A stretch of DNA of 64,000 nucleotides from Paragordius varius. Lineage: Eukaryota > Animalia > Nematomorpha. The stretch's first letter is position 1. Every line of letters starts with the position of its first letter. The notes under the pieces are model-generated. The model made no database searches. It worked only from the letters and a program-made list of their open reading frames with translations, and was not told the origin of the DNA. Where the stretch lies: positions 2,046,001-2,110,000 of the forward strand of contig OZ176055.1 of NCBI GenBank assembly GCA_964247055.1, written 5' to 3'. The position numbers and the translations under genes are program-made. Positions 53,409-64,000 of the stretch are shown piece after piece.

Positions 53409-56348
53409 ATGGATTTAAAATTTAAATTTACGCCTAAACTTAGGTAGCGAAACGAAAATTGTATCCTTTTTTATCTTTGTTATTATATATATATATTGTT
53501 AAAGTGAGTTTAACCTTAACTAAAATTTGTGCAGTCATAGAAAATATAGAAAATTTATCAAGAAGCTAAAGCGTAAACTTAAGCGTAAACAAGATGCGTT
53601 AGCAAAGATAAAAGTTAACAATAGACCAATAGCTCCGAGGATAAACATAAAACAATATTATGATAAATCCAAAGTATACGATTGCCTTTCACTCATACCA
53701 ACCATTCAAAATCTTTGTTCCTCTCAAAAAATAAAGTATTAACATTTAATTATTCAGGGGTTCGATCTTAAAATACAAGGATCCAAAAGTTGTCAGCCAA
53801 TTAAAATCGATAAATTATGTGCCAAAGGCGACTCCCATAAAACGGCCTACGCAGAATCCTGAACCCCCAGTCATTTATCATTTCGATATCAATCGTAATA
53901 TAAATGAAGACAAACCTCCTTGTTTATTCTTTCAAAAACTTGGCACTTGCAAATTTGGGATGAAGTTCGTTATTTTACCTAAAATTTATTTTCAAACTAT
54001 TTTATTAAACCCCTAATTACCTAACATAGCAAATAACGAATTATATCCTGGGTTTTTATATAACTAACCAAAAAATTATAAATGGCCGATTTTTTGTCTT
54101 AAATGCCGTGCATCATCCTTTACTGACAAATATTCCAAAACTTGACACATTGTCAGCTTTTTTAAATAGATATGCATAAAAAACTGACTAATTTAGGGGA
54201 AAAGCATTTTCAGAGCCGCAGTTTTACCATTGATATAAATTAAATTTGATTATATTTGAGAATTATAAAATTAACTGTGCTAAATAACATCTATGTTTCG
54301 CAACTCAAAACGATAGGCTTATATACCATTTTAAATTCAAATTCACCCTTGAACTTTTCAAATTTACCCTTAAACAATTCTAATTTACTCTAAAAATAAA
54401 TTATGTGATTTTGGCTAATATGAAATATATCTTTATGGCTTAATTTTTAATTTTTTCAGTATAATTTATTTTTAACCAAAATCTCAGTTTTTTAAATAGA
54501 AAAAAATATTGGTAATTTTTAACCTTAATTTATTTTTAGGGTGAATTTGAATCGTTCGAGGGTTAATTTGAGTTGTTCAAGGGTGAATTTGAATTTTTTT
54601 AGGGTAAATTTAAAGTGTATTTAATATATTTAAAAGTAGGTAATCAAGATTTAAGAACATGTAACTTTAATAAAAAAATATTTTTCCTTTATTTAGATGT
54701 ACCAAACGGCATACAGAAGCTACCAAAAGTGACATTGTTCTTTTTTCTAATTTATACAATGAACCTTGTGATTTAAACAGTATTCAATTTGATGGAACCA
54801 AACCTACCTTACATTATCAAGTATTCCACCAATAATCAATTATAATATGAATTAAAACTAATATTATTGTTCTTATTTGGTTTAAAAATTCTTATATTTT
54901 TTATGTATAATATACCATTTACAATTCAAATTCACCCTTAAACACTTCAAATTCACCCTCGAACAATTCAAAATTACCCTAAAAATGGATTATGTGTTTT
55001 TGAGCTAATATAATCATCATTTATATGAAATATATTTTTACGACATAGTTTTTTATTTATATTTTAAAAATATTAAAAAATAAAGGTAATTTTTAATCGT
55101 AGAAAAACACATAATTTTTTTAGGGTGAATTTAAATTTTCAAGGGTGAATTTTAAATGTAAATGGTATAATAATATTAATAGGAATTTTATTATGATGTT
55201 GTGAGTGAATTAAAGAAATTCGGACGCATTCGACGATTTGTAACCTGCAAAAATGTCGATCTTCACCTCAACGGAAATGTTTATGTCCAATTCGAAAAGT
55301 TATTATTATATCGAAAATATTTTTTTATAAATTGATCAATCAAAATAATCTTTTATAATAAAATTTAATGTATTGTTAGATAAATTTTAATAAAGGTAAC
55401 GATTATATTTATAAGTATTCATAATACAACAAATTATTTAACTTGAGATTATTAAATATAACTAGCAATTTTATTATTCATTTTTTGGAATAGTATTAAA
55501 ATCTTTTAATTTTATTTTACTCTGTAAAAAAGCTTTGTTTTCTAACCTTTTTTAGGGATGAAAATGCTTACGAAGTTTATGATACCTTTAATCTGAAACG
55601 TTGGTATGCCGGTAAACTCATACATTGTAAACTCATCTCAATCCTTTCATGGCCTTCTGCTATATGTGGTAGGCATTAAAAATTAATTTAAAGGACAAAG
55701 TCAATATGAGATGAGTAAATTTTGGTTTTGATTTTTAAAATTAGGAAACCAGAAATAATTACGAAAAAGAGTGAGTTTAAATGTCTAATGGTTAGAATAT
55801 GTATTAAACAAATTTAAATTTCATCTTTTTTAGAAGTTTAATAATGGTTTAAATTATTCTTTAAATGTGTTTTTTTATGAAAATATTGTGATGACTACAG
55901 TATTAATTTATTTTTAACATTATCTTCTTTATTTGTATTTTTTTTAAATTTTGACATAGTAAATTTGTTGAGTATTAGTGGTCGTATACATTTTAATCTG
56001 TACTTAATAAACTGTTTCCAGATCGATTTTTAAATTGATTTTAGTTTTTTTCTTTAATCCTTAGGGTTGTATATGAAAGGAGCTTGTGATAAAGGACGTC
56101 TATGCAATTATATTCACCCCTATCCTGAAATAATCCATGAACAACACAAAAATGAATCACCTCAACATCTTAAACGACCTACTAAACATAAAAGACATCG
56201 GCATTCGAAATCTCCAAATTATGATTTAATACCTAAAAGTCAGAAAAAACGTAATCTGTCACCAAAAGATGGCTCACATGATCCACATTTATTTAAACGG
56301 AGAAGGGATATTGATAGATATGTCCGAACGAAAAAATCAAAAAAATAA
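53409..56348 (+). CDS. ZRSR2: ZRSR2/Urp (U2AF35-related CCCH-UHM-CCCH minor-spliceosome factor)
   Basis: Exons 53409-53443, 53535-53673 (or to 53735), 53780 (or 53758)-53964, 54697-54820, 55183-55298, 55556-55668 and 56065-56348. Protein: MDLKFKFTPKLS|HRKYRKFIKKLKRK..QNPEPP..CLFFQKLGTCKFGMK|CTKRH..EFYYDVVSELKKFG..HLNGNVYVQF..RWYAGK..AICG|LYMKGACDKGRLCNYIH. The SHRKYR and QNPEPP blocks are ZRSR2-type and not found in U2AF1, as I recall. Confidence 0.88.
53461..53534 (+). other. U12-type (minor spliceosome) GT-AG intron signals
   Basis: 5' site GTATCCTTTT at 53461; branch CCTTAAC at 53514-53520; CAG 3' site at 53532-53534, 14 nt after the branch motif. Confidence 0.85.
54324..54619. mobile_element. 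MITE family A copy
   Basis: ta|taccattttaaattcaaattcacccttg ... agggtgaatttgaatcgttcgaggg... Confidence 0.72.
54913..55167. mobile_element. MITE family A copy (cleanest ends)
   Basis: ta|taccatttacaattcaaattcaccct ... agggtgaattttaaatgtaaatggta|ta; ends 15 nt before a ZRSR2 acceptor. Confidence 0.8.
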
Positions 56349-57199
56349 AATATATTTATAATAAATTTGAACACACGTAAAAATGAATCTCAGCATCAAG
56401 AACTATCTAATTCTAAATAAATATAAATGATATTAGCGCTCAACTAGTGTTCACCTTCGAAATTATGATTTAATACCTAATGACAGTAAGAAAAGACATC
56501 AAATGTCAAAAAACCGCTCGCCTGACCCACATTTATTTAAAAGGAGTCGAAATGGGACGCGAAAAAATTAAGGAAATAAATTGTTTAGTTTTAATTCATT
56601 GTATGATCGGTATATAATTCAGCAATACGATTTCATTTACTACTACGATTGCAATAAAAATTAATATTCATATTAAATACTAGGTTCCACATGTGCTTCT
56701 CATTATAGTATACCATTTGTTTGAACTGTGCCTCTTTGAATTAGGGCGGTGGCGAAAATTAAATTTTGAAAAAGTGCCTAATTATCAATCAAGACAGAAT
56801 TATAACACTCTAGGATTTGCCACTTAAATTGTATAATTTATTCATTTTTAAAAATCACACCCACTGTTGTAAGCCTTACGGTTCTAGATTCAACGTATAA
56901 ATAAGGAAAAAAATGGCATATGAATATACAATTAACATGATTTCATGATAAGCGAACAATCGTGTTTGCTTGGTAGAAGTCATTTTAACATTAAAATGTG
57001 TTTTCCACCTCACCAATCACATTTGTTAATTATTCCCAAAATTTTATTGGCGCTTTCTTTGGTCGGTTGAGAAAAGTTAAGAAATTATGCTATATATATA
57101 TATATATATATCAATGATAAGCCAGCATAAATGTACACACTGTAATAAGTTATTAAGCTGTGTTAGTTCAATTCTTCATCCCATATTTTTGACAATTAA

Positions 57200-57711
57200 C
57201 ACTTCATGACCTTTTGGCGTAGGTTTTATTTTCCAGAAACGATTAAAAATTCGAAATATTAAAAAGTATAAGTGGTTTTAGGCCGACTTTGAAAATATGC
57301 TTTCTTTTGCCTTGTAGGCGCACAATGCATTTTTTTATAAATGTAAAATTGTAAGAAATCATTCTCAAACTATTTGTCCACCATTTTTTGTTATAATTTT
57401 TTAAATCGCTGGTACAATAGGCAAATACATGTATATTATTGTTAGAATATGCAAATAATTAATTTTTCTAAGCTTTCAGGTTGCATTTAACCATTTATTT
57501 AATTTTAAAATAGTTCGTTGCAATCGTGTTTTGGAACTCTCCCTTTTAGACTCTAAAAGTCACAAAACTGTTAAAATATTTTTTATCTATAAAAGAAAAC
57601 AATGTTTAATAATAAAATTTTAACAAAAAAACTTTTAGAACATTAGTATACAAGATTGAGCTCTACGAAACTACCAATATGTCACGGACAAAAAAGATAA
57701 ATGGTGAAGTG
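57200..57711. mobile_element. piggyBac-like non-autonomous element
   Basis: TTAA|CACTTC ... GAAGTG|TTTA; interior homologous to 7290-7690. Confidence 0.55.
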
Positions 57712-57720
57712 TTTAAATAC

Positions 57721-57752
<32 letters not shown>

Positions 57753-57943
57753 CAAAATATTTTATTTGATTCTTTAATAAATTTGATCAATAACATTTTT
57801 TTATATTTCATTAACGGATTTAATTTGTATCAAAAGAATAAATGTATATGATTTAAGCATTTAATCTATAAAGAGGCCACCCGCTATTTTCCAAGCGGTA
57901 CAATTTTCCCTTAAAACATGAGTTTTTGATTCATTTATACATA

Positions 57944-58120
57944 CAGTATCGTATGACATAAAACTTTATTAGTCCATAAAAAAATAAAAAAATGTTTTTT
58001 TTTTTGAAAAAACAAGCTTAGTTCCAAAAAAACATACCCATAATATCCCCTTGTTTTGTTTTAAAAAACATTTTTTTATTCTTTTGGTGGACTAATAATG
58101 TTTTTTGTTATACGCTACTG
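57944..58120. mobile_element. Fold-back MITE, TA-flanked
   Basis: ta|cagtatcgtatgacataaaactttattagtcca..aaaaaaatgtttttt..aaacaag / cttgtttt..aaaaaacatttttttatt..tggactaataatg..ttatacgctactg|ta. Confidence 0.72.
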
Positions 58121-60728
58121 TATATGGTTAGTTGTATGTATACATTAATCAATACAATACTTTGCAATGGTTAGTTCAAACTTTGTGTCATTTGTGAACT
58201 CAACTCACTCACTCACTACTTTGTGTGCATTTTTCACAATGAGATGTGGAATTTCACTTTTTTTCCTCTCTGTATTTGACTTTCTCATCCTGCCTGCTGC
58301 CTTTTTGCCATAAAAACTAATAGAAGTATAAAAAAAGTTCAGAGTTATAGTTTTTTAAAAAAACTATTTTTTGCCTAAATTATTGTATATGTATATACAA
58401 CTAAACAAAGTAGTTTAATAATGTGATTTATTTTATTATCCATGCTAAGCAGAGCGAATTCCCCTTGTGCCATAATATAGTTTTGTGATCCATTTTTTTT
58501 CATTTTTATTCCTTTGTGGTGATTAGCAATGACAAAGCTCCTTTCTATATGTGAAATATACAATATCTATTTCTTTTGCAATTTATAATTGCTTGTTAAA
58601 TGATAACTTACCTTATAATACTTATACAACTGAGATATATAAATATCTCGATGGCAATGAATTTTTTATTGGTATTTTTAAGTAAATACACCTGAATTAG
58701 ATATTTGTGATATAAAAAATTTTCTAGTTAATTAATATATATATATACAATAATTTTTTACACCTCATATACACTTTCTGCTAACAAATATGTTGATTTA
58801 ATAAACTCTTTTAATTACATTTATTATAATATACCTATAGTTTGTCGGAAGTTTAAAATTTTATATATGTTGAATATAAAATTAAAAATTTGAAGCAATA
58901 CACTTTAATTTTTTTATAAAATTGATTGATTGAGAAATTACAAAAATTTGTTGTTACAAGGGTGATTAATTCTTAAAAAACCTTGTAATATGTTAATTTT
59001 CTAATGACAATTGACAACCCCAATTTTTTTGCACATATAAAAATTTATTTAGAACAATGACCGTTCTTTATATATTGGGAAAAATATAATATTTTTATAA
59101 TTTTTTCCCTTATAGATTATATATTTATTGGTTATTGAACCTCTATTTCAGAGTTGGCTATAAGATTATGTATTTCCTTTTTATTTGAATGGGAGCTAGA
59201 AAGCTATAAAATTATGCAAATTATTAACATATATTTTTTCTAATTTAATTTTATTTTATTTTTAGATTATACAGATTAGAGTATTTTTGAAAAATTATCT
59301 CTGCATTTTCCAATATCGTATATAAATTTTCTTAAATGGCTAAAATTTACCTTAAACTAAATGAATAAAAATCGTTTGTAAGAGGGATTAAAATCCAATA
59401 GTTATATAATGTCAATTTTTTTTCATTAAATACTAAAAATAATATTTTATTTGCAAGAAACGACAAATATTTTACCTTTATTTTCTTTTTTTAACGAAAT
59501 TATTTGAAAAAAATTATAAATTGTGTGTACATGGCCATGCATTTATATATTTACCTTATTCCTATTTCTCCTAACATTTCTTTTTTCAAATAAAATAAAT
59601 AAATATCAAAACTATTAGATTACATTGTTTAGATTTTATACTACAATTTCGAAAACTTAAATAATATTATATAACTGTTTTTCATAAATATATTTAAAAT
59701 AAAATATTTAACAGAAATTTTAGCAGAAACTCATATTTTTTACACCTTTAATTGTAAATAATATTTATATATATGTATTTTATATATTTAAGTATGCATG
59801 TGCAGTGCAATGATCTTTGAAAAAAGTATACATAAATAATTGAATTATACTATATATAGTTTCATGTATTGTGAGATTCTAATTAAATTGAATGCTTATT
59901 GATTGTCATCATAAATATTTTCTATTTAATTCTATTTTTCGATCAATTTATGGCATTTAAAAAGCAATAAACAAAATTTTAAATTTATATTTTGGTCAAA
60001 ATTTTAAATTAATATTTTGGAAAACAACAATCTTCTATAATATTATATAATTTGAAAGTCAAATTAAAAAATAAGTAATAAATAAAAAATGAAAAAAAGT
60101 GAAATGTAAAAAACTGAAAGTTTATTCTACTGAGAACTTTTTATGTATACACAGAGGCATTCAAAAAAAAATAAAAAGTTAGTTATGTCATTCACCATCC
60201 ATATATCATCCATTATACATTATTGTAAAGAGAGAGAGAGATCAATTTAATTCAAATTAAATTATGAATAAATGTATAGACGTAGGATGTTCTTGATGTT
60301 AAAAAATTTTTTTTTTCGTGATTTTTAGTACCTTTCCATTCATTATTTTGTTTATAATCAAAAAAATGTTAAATAAATAAATAAAATATTATTATTATTA
60401 CATTTAAGAAATTTCATGTAATTTCTTAGATCTTTTATCATAATCAACGGATAATATGGATCACATGCTTCAAAAAAAAGAAATTTTTTTTATATATCAA
60501 AAAAATCTACAGTTGATATTTCTTATCCCATTCCTAAATTTTTTTTGATTATTCGAAATAAATGTTAGCAAAATAAGTTTATAAAGAATCCAAAATATCT
60601 CCACTTTAAATTATAATCTTCCTTGGATTCAAATATATTAACATCCAACTAGTTATTATGGATCTTCGACTTACTGTTTAGATTAATTTATTCCAAACGA
60701 ATTATAATTTTTTTCAAATATCAATTTA

Positions 60729-61379
60729 TCAAATCAATTCATCTTTAAAACCATCAATATTCTCGGAGGATCCGTAAGATTTTTTTCTATCATACCCCAA
60801 CCTACCATATTCATTTACACCTGTAATTAAATAAACAAAAAGAATATATTAAAAAACATATAGTAAATAATTTTAAATTTAAAAATTATTTATATAGGCA
60901 TAAAAAACAGATGAATTTCACCTTCGATTGCCGCATTTCTCAAAAACCGTCGGATCAAGATATAAAATGGGCATTCATTAATAATTTATTAGATTTCAAA
61001 CACAAGACTGTAAAATGCAAACACAAATATAGTATTTTATTGAATTTTTGCCAAATGGATGACTTATTTAGAACAATTGTTTGAGAAATATCAATATTAT
61101 TAAGATTTCATCAGCATATTTATATAATTCAAGATTTTTTAATTTTTTTGCGGGCCGCACATAAAATCTCGGAGGGCCGCATTCGAACACTCCTGGCCTG
61201 GTAGGGTTCTTTATTTCCTGTATTTATAAACACTTTAACACTTCATTACCTTGATATTGGTATGATTACATTCAGGGATAATTTTATAACTTAGGCAGGG
61301 GGGCGGAGTCCAATACGCGAATAGTGTGAGGTAGGCGAAAATTGGTAATCCATAATTTGCCAGGAATATGCCCAAAAAT
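60729..61379 (-). other. Candidate exons of an unidentified minus-strand gene
   Basis: 61379-61250 (FLGIFLANYGLPIFAYLTLFAYWTPPPCLSYKIIPECNHTNIK|gtaatg) and 60820-60729 (ttacag|GVNEYGRLGYDRKKSYGSSENIDGFKDELI*). The two phases do not join directly. Confidence 0.3.
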
Positions 61380-63440
61380 CTTAGTAAAAATGAATTTCTT
61401 TACAAAAATTTTGAATAAGTCTATCGAATTGACAAAAAACTAAAAAATTGTTATAATCTGTTGGCATTTCACAGTCCTATGATTATCCATGTATATTTAA
61501 AATGCGGCCCGGTAAGCCATTATCTTAGTGTATAAACTTTTTAATTAACAACTTTTGTTTTCTGTAAGAGATAGATAACAAGGCTTATATTTTTAACAGC
61601 TTTCAAACTTCTTAAGTCCAGAATTGGGCTTCAAACCTGATTGAAATACAAATCTATCTTTAAAATAAATAAATATCAAAAATGTGCGGCTAAAATGTTC
61701 TGAAAGTTTTCAAAGGTGATTTTATAACCATAATATACATTTATTTGCCCGTTGTATTGCGATTTAAAAAAAGAAATAAAAAAGTTTAAGATGATTTTAC
61801 CATTAAAAAACAAAGAGGAAATGGATACAGGATGCATATTTTCGAATTTAGCCCAATATTTTGAATGCTTTTTTGAATATTGGAATTCGAAACTACTCCA
61901 AAACGTATTGATTGCACCATTTTTTTGTCTTATCTGATACATGTTTAAAAAACAAAAAAAGTTAAAATATTAATCTTTATATTTTGGTGTAAATTATTTT
62001 TTTTAACAAAAATAAATGTACTCCCTACCCCTCGCAGAAAAATTATAAACTACAACAGTAGTAATTGGTTGGGTATTTTAATTGATGTACGTGTACACAA
62101 TTAAGTACATTTTTTTTCTATTCACCCTTTGACTCTAAAGGTAAAAAAAATATTTTTAGGAATTTACAACAGTATTTTGATTTGACATTAATAGACTGTC
62201 ATTTTGTATACATTAAACGATTCCGTTTGTTTCGTATTTATTATCTGTCCATATTTTTTAAAGGGAACGGGGGGTGAGCTCTAAAAAAGTACAAATTATT
62301 ACGAATAAATGTATATATATTTTTGTAATATATATAAACCATATTAAAACTCTTTTTAGAGATTTTGGGGGTAGTTTTCTACCACAGATTATTTTTATTG
62401 TAAATCTTAAAAATATTTTTATGATATTGAACCAAATTTAAAAATATTCTATATTTTTAGATAAACATTGTCCAAAATCATCATCTCAAACTTTTAAACG
62501 GCAGATATTAATTAATTTTTATCGGCTTGTTATTAGATGGCTTTCTAAACTTTTGTTAATCAGCTGTTTGATTCAAATGCTCTAAACTGCTATTTTAGGG
62601 CTATAAAGTTACTTTACTGTGTAAAAATTTACCTAATATATAAGTAAATGTTTATAATTATCATATTTTAGCAAAAAACCTTTCCTGATGATTGATTTTT
62701 GCAAGTTGAAAACTAAGGGGCAAAAATTACCCGAAAACGTATTCATACATAAATTTCAAAAATAATGAGGTGTCAACGTTTCAAATTAGACTTAATCTAT
62801 CCGAGCATTTAGATATTTTTCCACAAAATATAATCGTTTTAACATATAATAAATTTTCCATATAACATTTTCCCATATCCTCCATTTTTTATTCAAAAAA
62901 AAATTATGTCATATGACTCAGATAACTTTTACCTTAATACATGTTTTTTTATTTTTTGAAATTTTTGATTTTTTAGGAAAAAAAAAGATAAATTTAAATG
63001 AGAAAAAAATAGACCACAAAACAGAATTTTTTTTATATATATATTTTTTTTTTCAAAATAACGCTATAATGCTAAGGAAAATTTACATTTTTTGTAATAT
63101 AAATACATACATACCATTTTTTAATTATTATTATTATTCTTACAAATAAGTAAAAATAATAATATCCTTTATTAGCCTTCTTACCTGTATGAGTGTAGCT
63201 CTCTTTTCACATTGACGTAATTTTATATTTAAATTTTTGTGGAAAACAATTTTTGAACACTAAAAAACTATAAATTTAAATTTATTCCTCCAAAACACTT
63301 CCTACATATTGTCGTGGTAGAAATCTTAATTTTTTATTCGATGATATTATATAAATAAAAAAAAATATTTTTAATTAGATTCGTATCTTATGGATTTCGA
63401 CCCAATATTCGATAAAAATGAAGTTATTCTGAAATAACCA

Positions 63441-63555
63441 ATGATTTCCTCAATATTTCTTTTACTTTTGATGATAATTCCTGGACACTGTAAGATTAAA
63501 GGATAAGCTCGTGAAATGCGCTTAAATACGATCCAGCTATTCATTTTGCTTTATG
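63441..63555 (+). other. Candidate first exon(s) of a secreted-protein gene running off the window
   Basis: MISSIFLLLLMIIPGH|gtaaga (63441-63489) and MRLNTIQLFILLY|gtatgt (63516-63555), both ending in phase 1. Confidence 0.3.
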
Positions 63556-64000
63556 GTATGTTATGTTACTTATTATTTCACTTTAATTAATTTTAAAATT
63601 TATATGTAAATATTTATTTTTTATTACTTTAATTTTATGAAACTTTTTTTATATTTTTTAAATTTTTTTATTTGCCTTTAATTTTTTTCTGTCCATAATC
63701 CATGCAATAATTGTCATTTATTTTATTTTGATACTTTACTCATGCATTTAATCTCAAACTATGTTTAATATCCTTAGGGCCTTTTTTCTAGAAATACTGC
63801 TCTCCCTTTTTTATTATGGTTGTTTTAGATTTTTTTACAAAAAATTACTTTAATAAAATAAAGAAAAAAAAATCAAATTTCGTATAGTCACTTTACATTC
63901 TTACTAAGATATTAATTAGACTTTAGAGAACATAAAAAATGTAAGATCAACCAGGGCGCTTATACTTTTTTAATGGTTTGCTTTAAAGTTTAAATAAACA

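Noticed and set aside
63163-63171. ATATCCTTT AT-AC-type donor motif
   Set aside because: No plus-strand exon upstream and no branch/AC partner found; expected by chance in AT-rich DNA.

Overview
AT-rich (roughly 75% AT by eye) genomic DNA from an invertebrate animal, with GT-AG introns of about 50 nt to 4 kb. By splicing exons by hand I could build six protein-coding genes: (1) the 3' part of a UBASH3/Sts-type histidine phosphatase (+, 49-2409); (2) a single-pass receptor with signal peptide, 3 SEA domains, about 16 EGF-like modules and a long cytoplasmic tail (+, 5205-21085); (3) a PHLDB/LL5-like coiled-coil plus PH-domain protein (+, 26050-35212); (4) a 28-exon P5B-type ATPase of the ATP13A family with several non-canonical motifs (-, 36449-50758); (5) a La/SSB gene nested antisense in an intron of that ATPase, with its ATG only 16 nt from the host splice acceptor (+, 41562-43764); (6) a ZRSR2/Urp-like minor-spliceosome factor (+, 53409-56348). 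The most interesting signal is the first ZRSR2 intron, which has two competing 5' splice sites. A weak U2-type donor gives the full-length protein. A perfect U12-type donor (GTATCCTTT) 17 nt downstream, paired with a CCTTAAC branch point, would retain an in-frame stop. This looks like a negative-feedback switch for the minor spliceosome. Introns and intergenic DNA carry many MITEs (TA-, TTAA- and 8-bp-TSD types). A few orphan exons at 52-53 kb and 60-63.5 kb could not be assigned. All gene models and homology calls come from manual reading and memory; no database search was run.
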